Of a stretch of DNA of 50,435 nt, positions 17,936 to 25,463 are shown in pieces. The DNA is taken from positions 1 to 50,435 of IMG/VR virus record IMGVR_UViG_3300031892_000001. One strand, written 5' to 3'. The first letter of the stretch is position 1. Each line of letters starts with the position of its first letter. The stretch is from a virus (taxonomy: Duplodnaviria; Caudoviricetes). Position numbers and translations under genes: made by a program. The notes under the pieces were generated by a model. The model had not been told where the DNA came from, did not search any database, and saw only the letters and a program-made list of their open reading frames with translations.

Positions 17936-18318
17936 GGTTGTTCACCCACCCCAGCAAGATCGGCGAGCGGTACCCACGCCACGTACGTCGACACGGCAGT
18001 AAGCCCGTCACGCGAGGGGTGCGGATCCCAGAACTGGCCGCCCACGATTGCGATGGCGTGGGTGATGTCGGCGCTGCGGACGGTCGGGCCGAACGCCAAC
18101 CCGAGGGTCGGCAGTCTGCTGTCTCCGTCGGTCCAGATGGTGGCGTAGCCGTTGAGGTGCGCGAAGTCGGCGAGCGCCTGGGACCAGTTGTCGAGCTCGA
18201 CGAAGTGCGGGACGTCGTCGAGCGGTAGGCCCAGGATGGTGGCGACGGCGGCTTGCAAGCAGTTGCCCTGCCGTCCGGGCGTCCCAGCCAGGATGGTTTG
18301 CGTGACGCCTTCACTCAT
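17932..18318 (-). CDS. Hypothetical phage protein, possible papain-like fold
   Basis: GNCLQAAVATIL.LPL..VPHF...HA....WDPHPS motif. Confidence 0.6.
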   Translation of the reverse strand: MSEGVTQTILAGTPGRQGNCLQAAVATILGLPLDDVPHFVELDNWSQALADFAHLNGYATIWTDGDSRLPTLGLAFGPTVRSADITHAIAIVGGQFWDPHPSRDGLTAVSTYVAWVPLADLAGVGEQP

Positions 18319-18730
18319 GGTGGTCACCCACCCCAGAACCAGAAGCGAGACGACGGGTTGCCGCGACCATCGCCGCTGCGATCCGGGGCGCGGTGTCGGG
18401 CTGGAACCCGAGCCCGCCGCCCAGCTCCGAGCCGGTGGCGATCGACACCTTGTCGCCCGGCTTGACCGTCACCGACCAGCCGTCGACGTTCCAGAACGTC
18501 AGCACGCCGTCGAGCTGTTCGCGTGACCCGTCCGGGGCGGGGAGTTGGACTACCGCACACCCCTCCAACGCAGCAGACAGGACAACCTGTGCGATGTCGC
18601 GGCGGTGAGCAGGAAAGTCCGGGGACTCGACGGGGTACAACTGGTCGCGCATGCCGATCTGCTCGGCGATCGCCCGCGCTGCCTTCTCCACCATCTCTTC
18701 GGGGATGTCCCGGTCAACCACGAGACTCAC
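18311..18730 (-). CDS. Hypothetical protein
   Basis: EEMVEKAARAI; part of the overlapping leftward operon; start uncertain. Confidence 0.5.
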   Translation of the reverse strand: MSLVVDRDIPEEMVEKAARAIAEQIGMRDQLYPVESPDFPAHRRDIAQVVLSAALEGCAVVQLPAPDGSREQLDGVLTFWNVDGWSVTVKPGDKVSIATGSELGGGLGFQPDTAPRIAAAMVAATRRLASGSGVGDHHE

Positions 18731-19049
18731 CGCCTTCCGTGGCCATGTGCTCGATGGCAGCCGCAACGAGCTGATTACCGGTGCGGGTGTCGACGTCGTC
18801 CAGGTAGCCGTCCTCGTCGAACGTGCTGGTGATGTAGCCCTGCCGGGCGAGCGCCTCGTACAGCTCGTACTCCCAGCCGCTGTTGCCGAACGGCCGCTTG
18901 CCGCCGAACCCTTCGCCGTGCTTCCACAGTTCGGCGAGCAGGGCCACGAGGTAGGTACGGATGGTGTCCGCTCCTGCGTCGTTGTCCTGCATTGGGCAGG
19001 CGAGCACGGCGGCCGGTTCGGGTTCTTGTACTGGCAGCCCCTCAGACAT
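18714..19049 (-). CDS. Hypothetical phage protein
   Basis: TIRTYL..LL.ELW..GEGF.GKRPFGNSGWEYELY; GAGGTGG RBS. Confidence 0.7.
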   Translation of the reverse strand: MSEGLPVQEPEPAAVLACPMQDNDAGADTIRTYLVALLAELWKHGEGFGGKRPFGNSGWEYELYEALARQGYITSTFDEDGYLDDVDTRTGNQLVAAAIEHMATEGGESRG

Positions 19050-19242
19050 CGGCCACCTCTTCCTCGCACAAGCACTCGCTGACGCACTCGTTCCCCACCG
19101 CGTTCGGGTGGTTGCACTGGTCGCAGCAGACCGCGCCGACCTCACCCGGCTCGTGATCCCGACAGGTGCGGGCCGTCATCGAGCAGGACCGGCAGTTAGT
19201 GCCGTCTCGAAGGTCCAGGCGGACCCAGGGCGGGGCGGTCAT
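19042..19242 (-). CDS. Cys-rich hypothetical protein
   Basis: 66 aa with multiple CxxC motifs; coupled. Confidence 0.55.
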   Translation of the reverse strand: MTAPPWVRLDLRDGTNCRSCSMTARTCRDHEPGEVGAVCCDQCNHPNAVGNECVSECLCEEEVADV

Positions 19243-19520
19243 CGGGGCTCACCGCCCTGGGCGCGCTCGTAGGCGATCGCGTTCTGCAGGCGGGCGATGA
19301 ACGCCTCGGCCTCGTCCAGCGTCAGCCGCTCATCGCCGAACTGAATCTCACCGCCGTCCTGGCCGTTGCTGTAGACGGCGGGGATCGGCTCCCGCTCCTC
19401 GTCGTAGGAGATGACGCACTGACCCCACCGGGCGTATCGGTGTCCGTCGCCGGAGTGGTGGCTGATCTCGTCCGGGTCTGCCGTCACCCAGCGCGCAGTG
19501 ATCGTGTTCGGCTCGGTCAT
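19239..19520 (-). CDS. Hypothetical protein
   Basis: MTEPNTITARW...LTLDEAEAF; ATGA-coupled. Confidence 0.6.
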   Translation of the reverse strand: MTEPNTITARWVTADPDEISHHSGDGHRYARWGQCVISYDEEREPIPAVYSNGQDGGEIQFGDERLTLDEAEAFIARLQNAIAYERAQGGEPR

Positions 19521-20125
19521 GGCTGCTGTTCTCCGTCCAGGTGGGTAGGGGCCGGCCGCCTTCGCGGCGCGCCTTCCGGATGGGTGGGGGCCGGGGACCA
19601 CGGCAACGCGAGACCATCCCCGGGTTCGCGCGGCACCAGGTGCGCGTGGAAGTGCGGCTCGGTCTGGGTCGCGGCGCGACCGTTCGATTGGATGTAGTTC
19701 CACGACCGGTCGCCGTGGTCGGCCGCCAACTCGGCGGCGCGGGCAGCCAACAGCCCCGCCACCGCTGGGGTGATGCGGCCGGTGGCGTGGACCTTTGGGA
19801 TCACCACCACATGCCCGGCAACCACCGGGGCAGGGCGCGGCGTGATCGCGATCGCGTCCGGCCACTCCCGCACCAAGATGCGGGTGACGGTGTCGTCGGC
19901 GAGCATGCACAGGTGACACGGCACCTCGTCCACGGGAAGCTCTGCGACGACGTCACCGTTGCCGCGCGCGTCCACCAGGAACCCGTCGATCGACCTGTGA
20001 GTGGTGTGGATCCACATGCCGTCGTCGGACCTGCGGATCTGCTGCCCTTCGGGCTTATCGGGGTCGTACCGGTAGAAGTCGACCCCGACCTGTCCGGTGA
20101 CCCGGAAGTAGCGGAACGAGCTCAC
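19517..20125 (-). CDS. HIT family nucleotide hydrolase with N-terminal extension
   Basis: PCHLC, GHVVVIPKVH and NG..ATQT.PHFHAHLVPR (histidine triad). Confidence 0.85.
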   Translation of the reverse strand: MSSFRYFRVTGQVGVDFYRYDPDKPEGQQIRRSDDGMWIHTTHRSIDGFLVDARGNGDVVAELPVDEVPCHLCMLADDTVTRILVREWPDAIAITPRPAPVVAGHVVVIPKVHATGRITPAVAGLLAARAAELAADHGDRSWNYIQSNGRAATQTEPHFHAHLVPREPGDGLALPWSPAPTHPEGAPRRRPAPTHLDGEQQP

Positions 20126-20340
20126 GACTCCACCCCTGCCCGCTCACGGAACCCGGCCGACCACTTCAACGGCTCCTCGATCGAATCCAGAGCGGCCATG
20201 AACTGGCGGGTACAGGACGGGCACAGGTCGTCGGCGAGACACCAGCCCTCAGCGAGGGACTCGATGCAGGTGCGTCGGCGGATCTTCTCGACCGCGAACG
20301 GAACCGGGGCGGGGTCGGTGATACGGCGGCACTCGCTCAT
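20122..20340 (-). CDS. Hypothetical protein
   Basis: MSECRRIT...LCPSC; coupled. Confidence 0.5.
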   Translation of the reverse strand: MSECRRITDPAPVPFAVEKIRRRTCIESLAEGWCLADDLCPSCTRQFMAALDSIEEPLKWSAGFRERAGVES

Positions 20341-20678
20341 CGCTGGCCTCGCTTCACGGGCCACCACGACCACTCGTCCGGTCCCTCGGCGAGCGCCCGA
20401 TACCGGCCCGGCGCGGTCGGCGGCCCTGACAGGCCAGCGATGTGCTCGTGGAGCTGGCACTCCATCAGCGCGTCGTCGAGCCGCTCCCGCAGCGGGTGCC
20501 GCACCGTGAACGCCGACTCGGAGAACACCACCAGGTGCTCGGTCTCCCGGTCGGCGAGGATCTCGTCCACGGCGGTCGGATGCGGGCAGTCGATGTGTCG
20601 GCAGGTGATGTGGCCGCCGTCCATCGCGGACAGCGTCTGACCGCACCCCATCGGGCAGAACCCTTGGACGTCGGTCAT
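20337..20678 (-). CDS. DUF6085-like Cys-rich protein
   Basis: GFCPMGCG.TL...ITC...CP.P...HPLRERL...PGRYRA. Confidence 0.65.
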   Translation of the reverse strand: MTDVQGFCPMGCGQTLSAMDGGHITCRHIDCPHPTAVDEILADRETEHLVVFSESAFTVRHPLRERLDDALMECQLHEHIAGLSGPPTAPGRYRALAEGPDEWSWWPVKRGQR

Positions 20679-20779
20679 CGCGCACCGCCGTCCCTGTAGG
20701 CCCACCGGACAGGCAGGTAGAGGACAGCGGCGACCGCGAGTTCAGCGGCGCGGATACCGGCGCGACGACCAAGATCGGC

Positions 20780-20998
20780 CGTCCACTTTACGTCCACAAA
20801 TGGGGTAGATCGGGGTGGACTCTGGTAGACCCGGCGACCCCGATGTGCGAGGTCAGTGGGGTTGATGGCACCCTGGTAGACAGGGTGTTGCTCTCCGAGC
20901 GGTCGCAGGTTCGATCCCTGCTGCGCCCACCCGGAGCAGCGCGAACGCGTGCTCTTGCTCATGATCGGTTACTGCTCCGTCCGTTTTGCGTCCACTTT
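20780..20998. mobile_element. attP region: tRNA 3'-half core (~20895-20931) flanked by tandem arm-type repeats
   Basis: Core CCGAGCGGTCGCAGGTTCGATCCCTGCTGCGCCCACC contains a T-arm and acceptor 3' strand but no 5' half. CGTCCACTTT-like pairs lie at 20780/20791 and 20978/20989. A tyrosine integrase is 0.5 kb away. Confidence 0.85.
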
Positions 20999-21193
20999 CG
21001 ATCGGCCCTTCCGGGCCTTGTGCGCCGCGATGATCGGTCCCGCCACCGTCGCGTCGTACTGGTTCATCCCCGACCGGCCCGGCTCCCGCGACACCGGTGT
21101 CAGCCCGAGCCGCAAGATGATCCGGCCCGCCGAGCGGATCGACTTCGCCCCCAACTCCTGGCGGATCCGCTCGGTGTTCCACAGCTCCGTCAT
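20969..21193 (-). CDS. Small basic putative DNA-binding protein
   Basis: MTELWNTERIRQELG...; MerR/Xis-like HTH appearance; ATGA-coupled. Confidence 0.55.
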   Translation of the reverse strand: MTELWNTERIRQELGAKSIRSAGRIILRLGLTPVSREPGRSGMNQYDATVAGPIIAAHKARKGRSKVDAKRTEQ

Positions 21194-21387
21194 CGCCGCA
21201 TCGCGTAGTCGTCGCATTCCCGCCTGATCTGGTCCACCAGTTCGTTCAGGCGGTCCATGGCATCTCTCGTCGACAGAACGATCCGCACCGGTTCCTGCCA
21301 CTCCTCATCCGCGTCCTGCCAGATGGCGACCGTGCCATTGCCGTCCCAGTCCTCCCATCGGACCTCGTAGTGCAGTTCCCGTGTCAT
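21190..21387 (-). CDS. Hypothetical protein
   Basis: MTRELHYEVRW...; AGGAGG RBS. Confidence 0.6.
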   Translation of the reverse strand: MTRELHYEVRWEDWDGNGTVAIWQDADEEWQEPVRIVLSTRDAMDRLNELVDQIRRECDDYAMRR

Positions 21388-21465
21388 CGCGATGCCTCCT
21401 GTCGTGTACGTCCATTGTGTCGTACCGTACGACATGATCGCAAGGTGATGTGGCCAACCCGTGAC

Positions 21466-22680
21466 CTACGAACCGGTGTCCCGCCCCAACACCTCAAGAG
21501 CGGCGGCTGCGGCCTGGTTCGTCACCCGCCGCCTGATGTAGTGCCGCTCCGCCACCGCCCGCGTGTTCCCCAACTGTCCGGTGATCTCACCGACCGGCAG
21601 ATCAGCCTCATCCAACAGAGTGCCCACCGTGTGCCGCCACACGTGCGAGGTGACCCACTCGAACCCGCACGCGTCCATCACCTCACGGATCCGCTTGTTC
21701 GCGTTGTTCGTGTCCAACCAGCCCCCACGCGCCGACGGGAACAGCGGCCCGTCCGCGCCGGCGGCCAGCTTGCGGCGCAGGAACATCGGGGTCGACCAGG
21801 CGGGCACCTGCAGCAGCAAGTCCTTCGCCTTGCCCTTCCGCCCCGGCACGTACCGGGTGCCCTCGCCGGTCACGAAGATGAGGTGGCCGACGACAGCCAC
21901 CAGTACCCGGCCGCCGTCGACCTTCACCACGTCCTGGCCCCGCAGCGCCAGCACCTCACCGATCCGCACCCCGGTGGCCAGCATCGCTTCCGCCAGCTCG
22001 GGCAGGTCCAGCCACGCCTGCGCCCGGGACCGCGCCCGCCCGTCCTTCGCCTCGGCAACCTTCTTCGTCACCTCGGCATCCATCTTCTGCAGCATGTCCA
22101 CGGCCTGGGCGGCGGTCATTGCCACCACATCTTCGGCGGGCCCGGCGGTGAGGGACTCGGATGCCTTGACCGGGTTGGTCCAGTTCTCCACCCCCCGCCG
22201 GATCGCGAAGTCACACACCGCGGAGGTGATGGTGCGGACCTTCTTCGCCGACTCGTACCCCATCTCCTTCCGCACCGTTTTGATCAGCTTGTCGCAGCGC
22301 CCGGCCTTCACCTCCCGGATCCGCAGCGCGGCGAGCGCCGGCCGGATCTGCCCGGTGATGTACGACCGGTAGGTGCGGAACGTGGTTGGTGCCGTGTCGC
22401 CCACCTCGACCTTGAGTTCAAGGTCGGCGAGCCACAGATCGATGGCCTTGCCGAACAGGTCGTCGCGGGAGATCTCATCGGCGCCGACCTGTTGCGCGAG
22501 TTCGGTCAGCCGTTCCTGCAGGGCGTAGATGGCGGCGGTCTCGCTCGGTCCTCTCGTGGCCGGTCGCCGCATCTCCCCGTTGAGGTCCCGGTACCAGCAG
22601 CGCGCCTCATGGATGCCGGGCGCGACTTCCTTGACCTTGATGTTGCCGTGGGCTCCGATCGGGAGCGGACGTCTGCCCAT
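21466..22680 (-). CDS. int: Tyrosine integrase
   Basis: ATGVRIGEVLAL (R), SHVWRHT (HxxR), LGN and HY catalytic motifs; MGRRPLPIGAHG N-terminus. Confidence 0.95.
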   Translation of the reverse strand: MGRRPLPIGAHGNIKVKEVAPGIHEARCWYRDLNGEMRRPATRGPSETAAIYALQERLTELAQQVGADEISRDDLFGKAIDLWLADLELKVEVGDTAPTTFRTYRSYITGQIRPALAALRIREVKAGRCDKLIKTVRKEMGYESAKKVRTITSAVCDFAIRRGVENWTNPVKASESLTAGPAEDVVAMTAAQAVDMLQKMDAEVTKKVAEAKDGRARSRAQAWLDLPELAEAMLATGVRIGEVLALRGQDVVKVDGGRVLVAVVGHLIFVTGEGTRYVPGRKGKAKDLLLQVPAWSTPMFLRRKLAAGADGPLFPSARGGWLDTNNANKRIREVMDACGFEWVTSHVWRHTVGTLLDEADLPVGEITGQLGNTRAVAERHYIRRRVTNQAAAAALEVLGRDTGS

Positions 22681-22681
22681 A

Positions 22682-23047
22682 TCAGTTGTCCGTGAACACG
22701 TCGGCAGTGGCCCCGCGGCGACGCCACTGGCGGAGCGCCTTCCGCACGTGGGCGTCTTCCTTGATCGCCTCAAGGTCGGCCTCAACGGCCTTCAGCCGGG
22801 CAGCCTGCTCGCGGCACCGGTTGTGTAGGCGGATCACCCATGTCAGGACTGCGCCTGCGAACGCGACGGTTAGGCCTAGCCGGTAGTAGCCGACGGCGGG
22901 TAGCCCGTCGAGAGTGGCGAGCCAGAAGAAAAATGCTGCTCCGAATGCGCTAAGTACGATCACAGCGGTGACCACGTGCGCCGGTGTGATCTTTGCGGGG
23001 GCGTGGGTGATTGTTCCGACAATTGCACGCCAGTCGATGTTGGTCAC
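22682..23047 (-). CDS. Lower-GC 2-TM membrane protein with coiled-coil tail
   Basis: Two TM segments; between repressor and integrase; start uncertain (23047 or 23107). Confidence 0.6.
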   Translation of the reverse strand: MTNIDWRAIVGTITHAPAKITPAHVVTAVIVLSAFGAAFFFWLATLDGLPAVGYYRLGLTVAFAGAVLTWVIRLHNRCREQAARLKAVEADLEAIKEDAHVRKALRQWRRRGATADVFTDN

Positions 23048-23201
23048 GTTGATCCAACCCCTCTTTGTGATCAAGAACCCCAGGTCACAGCGCCTCTCGA
23101 ACGGCAATTGACGCTGCCGGATGCGTCTCCAGTAGACACTCCCTCGTTACCTACTGGCCAGACCTGTGACATTCGCGTTGCGCTTGTGTCGCCCGTTTGG
23201 G

Positions 23202-23672
23202 CTAGTCCGTATTCACCTGATCACGCTGTGCCTGTTCTTCTTCCCAGGCGTCTCGCATTGCCTGCACGATCTTCGGCGTGAGCCGCAATCCGTGTGGACG
23301 CACGATGGCGTCGAGCGCGTCGTACAGCTTCTCGTCCTCTTCGGACCACGGGTCTTCCTCTGCCGTGTCCTGTCCAGGAGTGGCACTGAGCGGCGGCGCC
23401 GGGTTGCCTTCGAGGATGTGCCGTGGCGTGTCTTGCGACCAGCCGGGTAGACGCGACCCCAGAGTGCGGCCGACGGCGTGGAGGATCACCTGCCCGACGG
23501 TGGGCTCGGCGTTCTCCAGCGCGTAGATGGCGCGGGAGCCCCTGCCGACGGCCTTGATGAAGTCGACCGTGGTGGGCCAGCCGGCGTGCTCGCGGGCCTT
23601 GATGACCGCGGCCGCGAGGTCTTGGCGGCGTGTCTCGGAGTAGAGCGCGGTGCGTGTGCGGGGGGAAGCCAC
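23202..23672 (-). CDS. Immunity repressor (HTH)
   Basis: LAAAVIKAREHAGW...AVGRGSRAIYALENA XRE-like HTH; divergent from the Cro-like gene; start uncertain (23672-23759). Confidence 0.7.
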   Translation of the reverse strand: MASPRTRTALYSETRRQDLAAAVIKAREHAGWPTTVDFIKAVGRGSRAIYALENAEPTVGQVILHAVGRTLGSRLPGWSQDTPRHILEGNPAPPLSATPGQDTAEEDPWSEEDEKLYDALDAIVRPHGLRLTPKIVQAMRDAWEEEQAQRDQVNTD

Positions 23673-23676
23673 GGGT

Positions 23677-23861
23677 GCAGACTCTCGCAGAGTCGGGCAG
23701 TGCGCTAGTGGCCTGTGCATCCGCCTACGCCTTCGCGTTCCCCCGGGTAGCAAGTGCATGCATGCAGACTATTGCAGAGTCATGGTCATCAGCAAGTAGC
23801 TAAGTGACTACTCTGCAAGAGTCTGCTTGACAATGCTTGCAGATACTTGCAGAGTGACATC
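23677..23861. promoter_or_regulatory. Lysis-lysogeny switch: four 17-bp operators and a rightward promoter
   Basis: GCAGAYWMTYGCAGAGT at 23677, 23764, 23839 (+) and 23810 (-); TTGACA (23827-32)-17 bp-CAGAGT (23850-55), then ATG at 23862. Confidence 0.75.
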
Positions 23862-24197
23862 ATGCCGAAGCTCGACAAAGACCGCGTGACCTACTTGATC
23901 CGGAAGGACCGGCGCTTCCGCGGAGACGTCCGCAAGGTCGCCGAACTCACCGGCATCCCCTACGGCACCCTCCGCAACGCCATCGGCTCCGGGGACCAGA
24001 TGCGCTACAGCCGGGTGTCCGTCCTTGCCGAGACGCTGATGGTCGACGTGAAGGGGATCCTCGACGACACCGGTATCCCCGACGAACCGCCGCAGCAGCC
24101 CCCGAACTCGCCGAAGGGTCCGCGCGAACGCAAGGACAAGGACGAGAAGAAGACCGGGCCCAAGCGGGACACCGGCCAGTACAAGGCGGCGTCGTGA
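23862..24197 (+). CDS. Cro-like HTH protein
   Basis: VRKVAELTGIPYGTLRNAI HTH; first gene of the rightward early operon. Confidence 0.75.
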   Translation: MPKLDKDRVTYLIRKDRRFRGDVRKVAELTGIPYGTLRNAIGSGDQMRYSRVSVLAETLMVDVKGILDDTGIPDEPPQQPPNSPKGPRERKDKDEKKTGPKRDTGQYKAAS

Positions 24198-24568
24198 CCG
24201 CCTCCCGCGCCAAGGGCAAGGTCGAGGCCGTGCTCGCCGCGGCGGCGGCGATCCCTCCCGATGTCATCGCCGCAGGAGTGGCCGCCTACCTGAAGGCCCA
24301 TCCGCCCGTCGTGACGATCGACTGCGAGGCGCTCGCGGCTGCGGTCGCTGAGCACGTCACCGTTACCCGGTCGCTGTCGATTGCCGTCCCGCGGAACGCA
24401 TGGTCCGTGAAGGAGTTCGCTGCCGCGTGGGGCGTGAACGTCAACACCGTCTACCGGCTGATCAACACTGGCCAGCTTGCGTGGACCTGGATCGGTGGCG
24501 AGAAGCGGATCCCGAACGCGGAGCTGGACCGGTTGATGGCTGAGGCCATGGACAGGCGGTCCGCGTGA
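24194..24568 (+). CDS. xis: Excisionase-family HTH protein
   Basis: WSVKEFAAAWGVNVNTVYRLINTGQL...IGGEKRIP..EL. Confidence 0.75.
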   Translation: MTASRAKGKVEAVLAAAAAIPPDVIAAGVAAYLKAHPPVVTIDCEALAAAVAEHVTVTRSLSIAVPRNAWSVKEFAAAWGVNVNTVYRLINTGQLAWTWIGGEKRIPNAELDRLMAEAMDRRSA

Positions 24569-24710
24569 GTGCCCCGGACCCGAACAAGCCGAAACCCCCA
24601 TGCGCCACCCCCGTGCGCACTCGCCCGTCTCGCCCCTGCCGGGTTCGACGTGCCGTGCGGCTGCGGCCACCTGTCCAGCGAATGCACCATGCGACCCGAC
24701 GGGACCTGTG

Positions 24711-25463
24711 ATGGCTGACGACCTGATCCCCTTCGACTTCCACGGCGACGAGATCCTGCTGATGGACGTGGACGGCGCTCCGCACATCGTGCTCAAGCCT
24801 GCTGTCGAGTCCATCGGGCTGGACTACTGGCCGCAGGTCGAGAAGCTCCGCAAGCGGTCGTGGGCTGCACTGGCCTCAAGGCAGGTGCAGGTCTCTGACC
24901 AGCGACGGGAGATGCTCACCTGCTCTGTCCGGACTTTCCTCATGCTGCTCGCGACGATCGACGAGAACCGTGTCGCGAAGGACGTCCGCGCGAAGCTGGT
25001 CGCCTACCAGGCTGAGGTCGCTGACGCGATCGAGTCGTACTGGACCAAGGGCGGCGTGATCAACCCGCGCGCGTCTGCTGACCAGCTCGCCGCCCTGCGT
25101 GCGCAGGCGGAAGTCCTCACCGCTCTCTCGGGGATCGTCGACCCGGGCTGGCTGGAGTCGAAGGCCCGGATCGTCGCCGCCCGCGCGATGGGCGAGGTCA
25201 CCGACCTGGATCAGACCACCAAGCCGCTGACGGTCTCGATCTACCTGAACGGGAAGGGCTTGAGCCGCAAGGTCATCAAGTCGGTTCAGGGCATGTTCGG
25301 GCAGCGGCTGAAGAAGCGCTACGTCGAGGTCGAGGGCGACGTGCCGCCGGTCATGGATGACATCGAGGGTCGCCACGCGATCCGGGTGGCCCAGTACCAG
25401 GAGAAGCACCGCCCGCTGTTCGACGAGATCTGGACGCGCTACTACGAGGGGGCGGCATCGTGA
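24711..25463 (+). CDS. Antirepressor (P22 AR N-terminal domain-like)
   Basis: IPFDFHGDEILL..DG.PHIVLKP..ESIGLD...Q..KL...KL..YQ.E..DAI..YW.KG. Confidence 0.8.
   Translation: MADDLIPFDFHGDEILLMDVDGAPHIVLKPAVESIGLDYWPQVEKLRKRSWAALASRQVQVSDQRREMLTCSVRTFLMLLATIDENRVAKDVRAKLVAYQAEVADAIESYWTKGGVINPRASADQLAALRAQAEVLTALSGIVDPGWLESKARIVAARAMGEVTDLDQTTKPLTVSIYLNGKGLSRKVIKSVQGMFGQRLKKRYVEVEGDVPPVMDDIEGRHAIRVAQYQEKHRPLFDEIWTRYYEGAAS

Noticed and set aside
20860-20935. Complete tRNA gene
   Set aside because: Only the variable loop, T-arm and acceptor 3' strand are present; there is no matching 5' acceptor strand or D-arm. Interpreted as the attP core.
20675-20962. 95-aa minus-strand ORF across attP
   Set aside because: WAQQGSNLRPL is the antisense translation of a tRNA T-arm; at most the last ~40 codons may be a real gene.
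21370-22695. Plus-strand 441-aa and 269-aa ORFs
   Set aside because: Antisense to the integrase, which has all the catalytic motifs.
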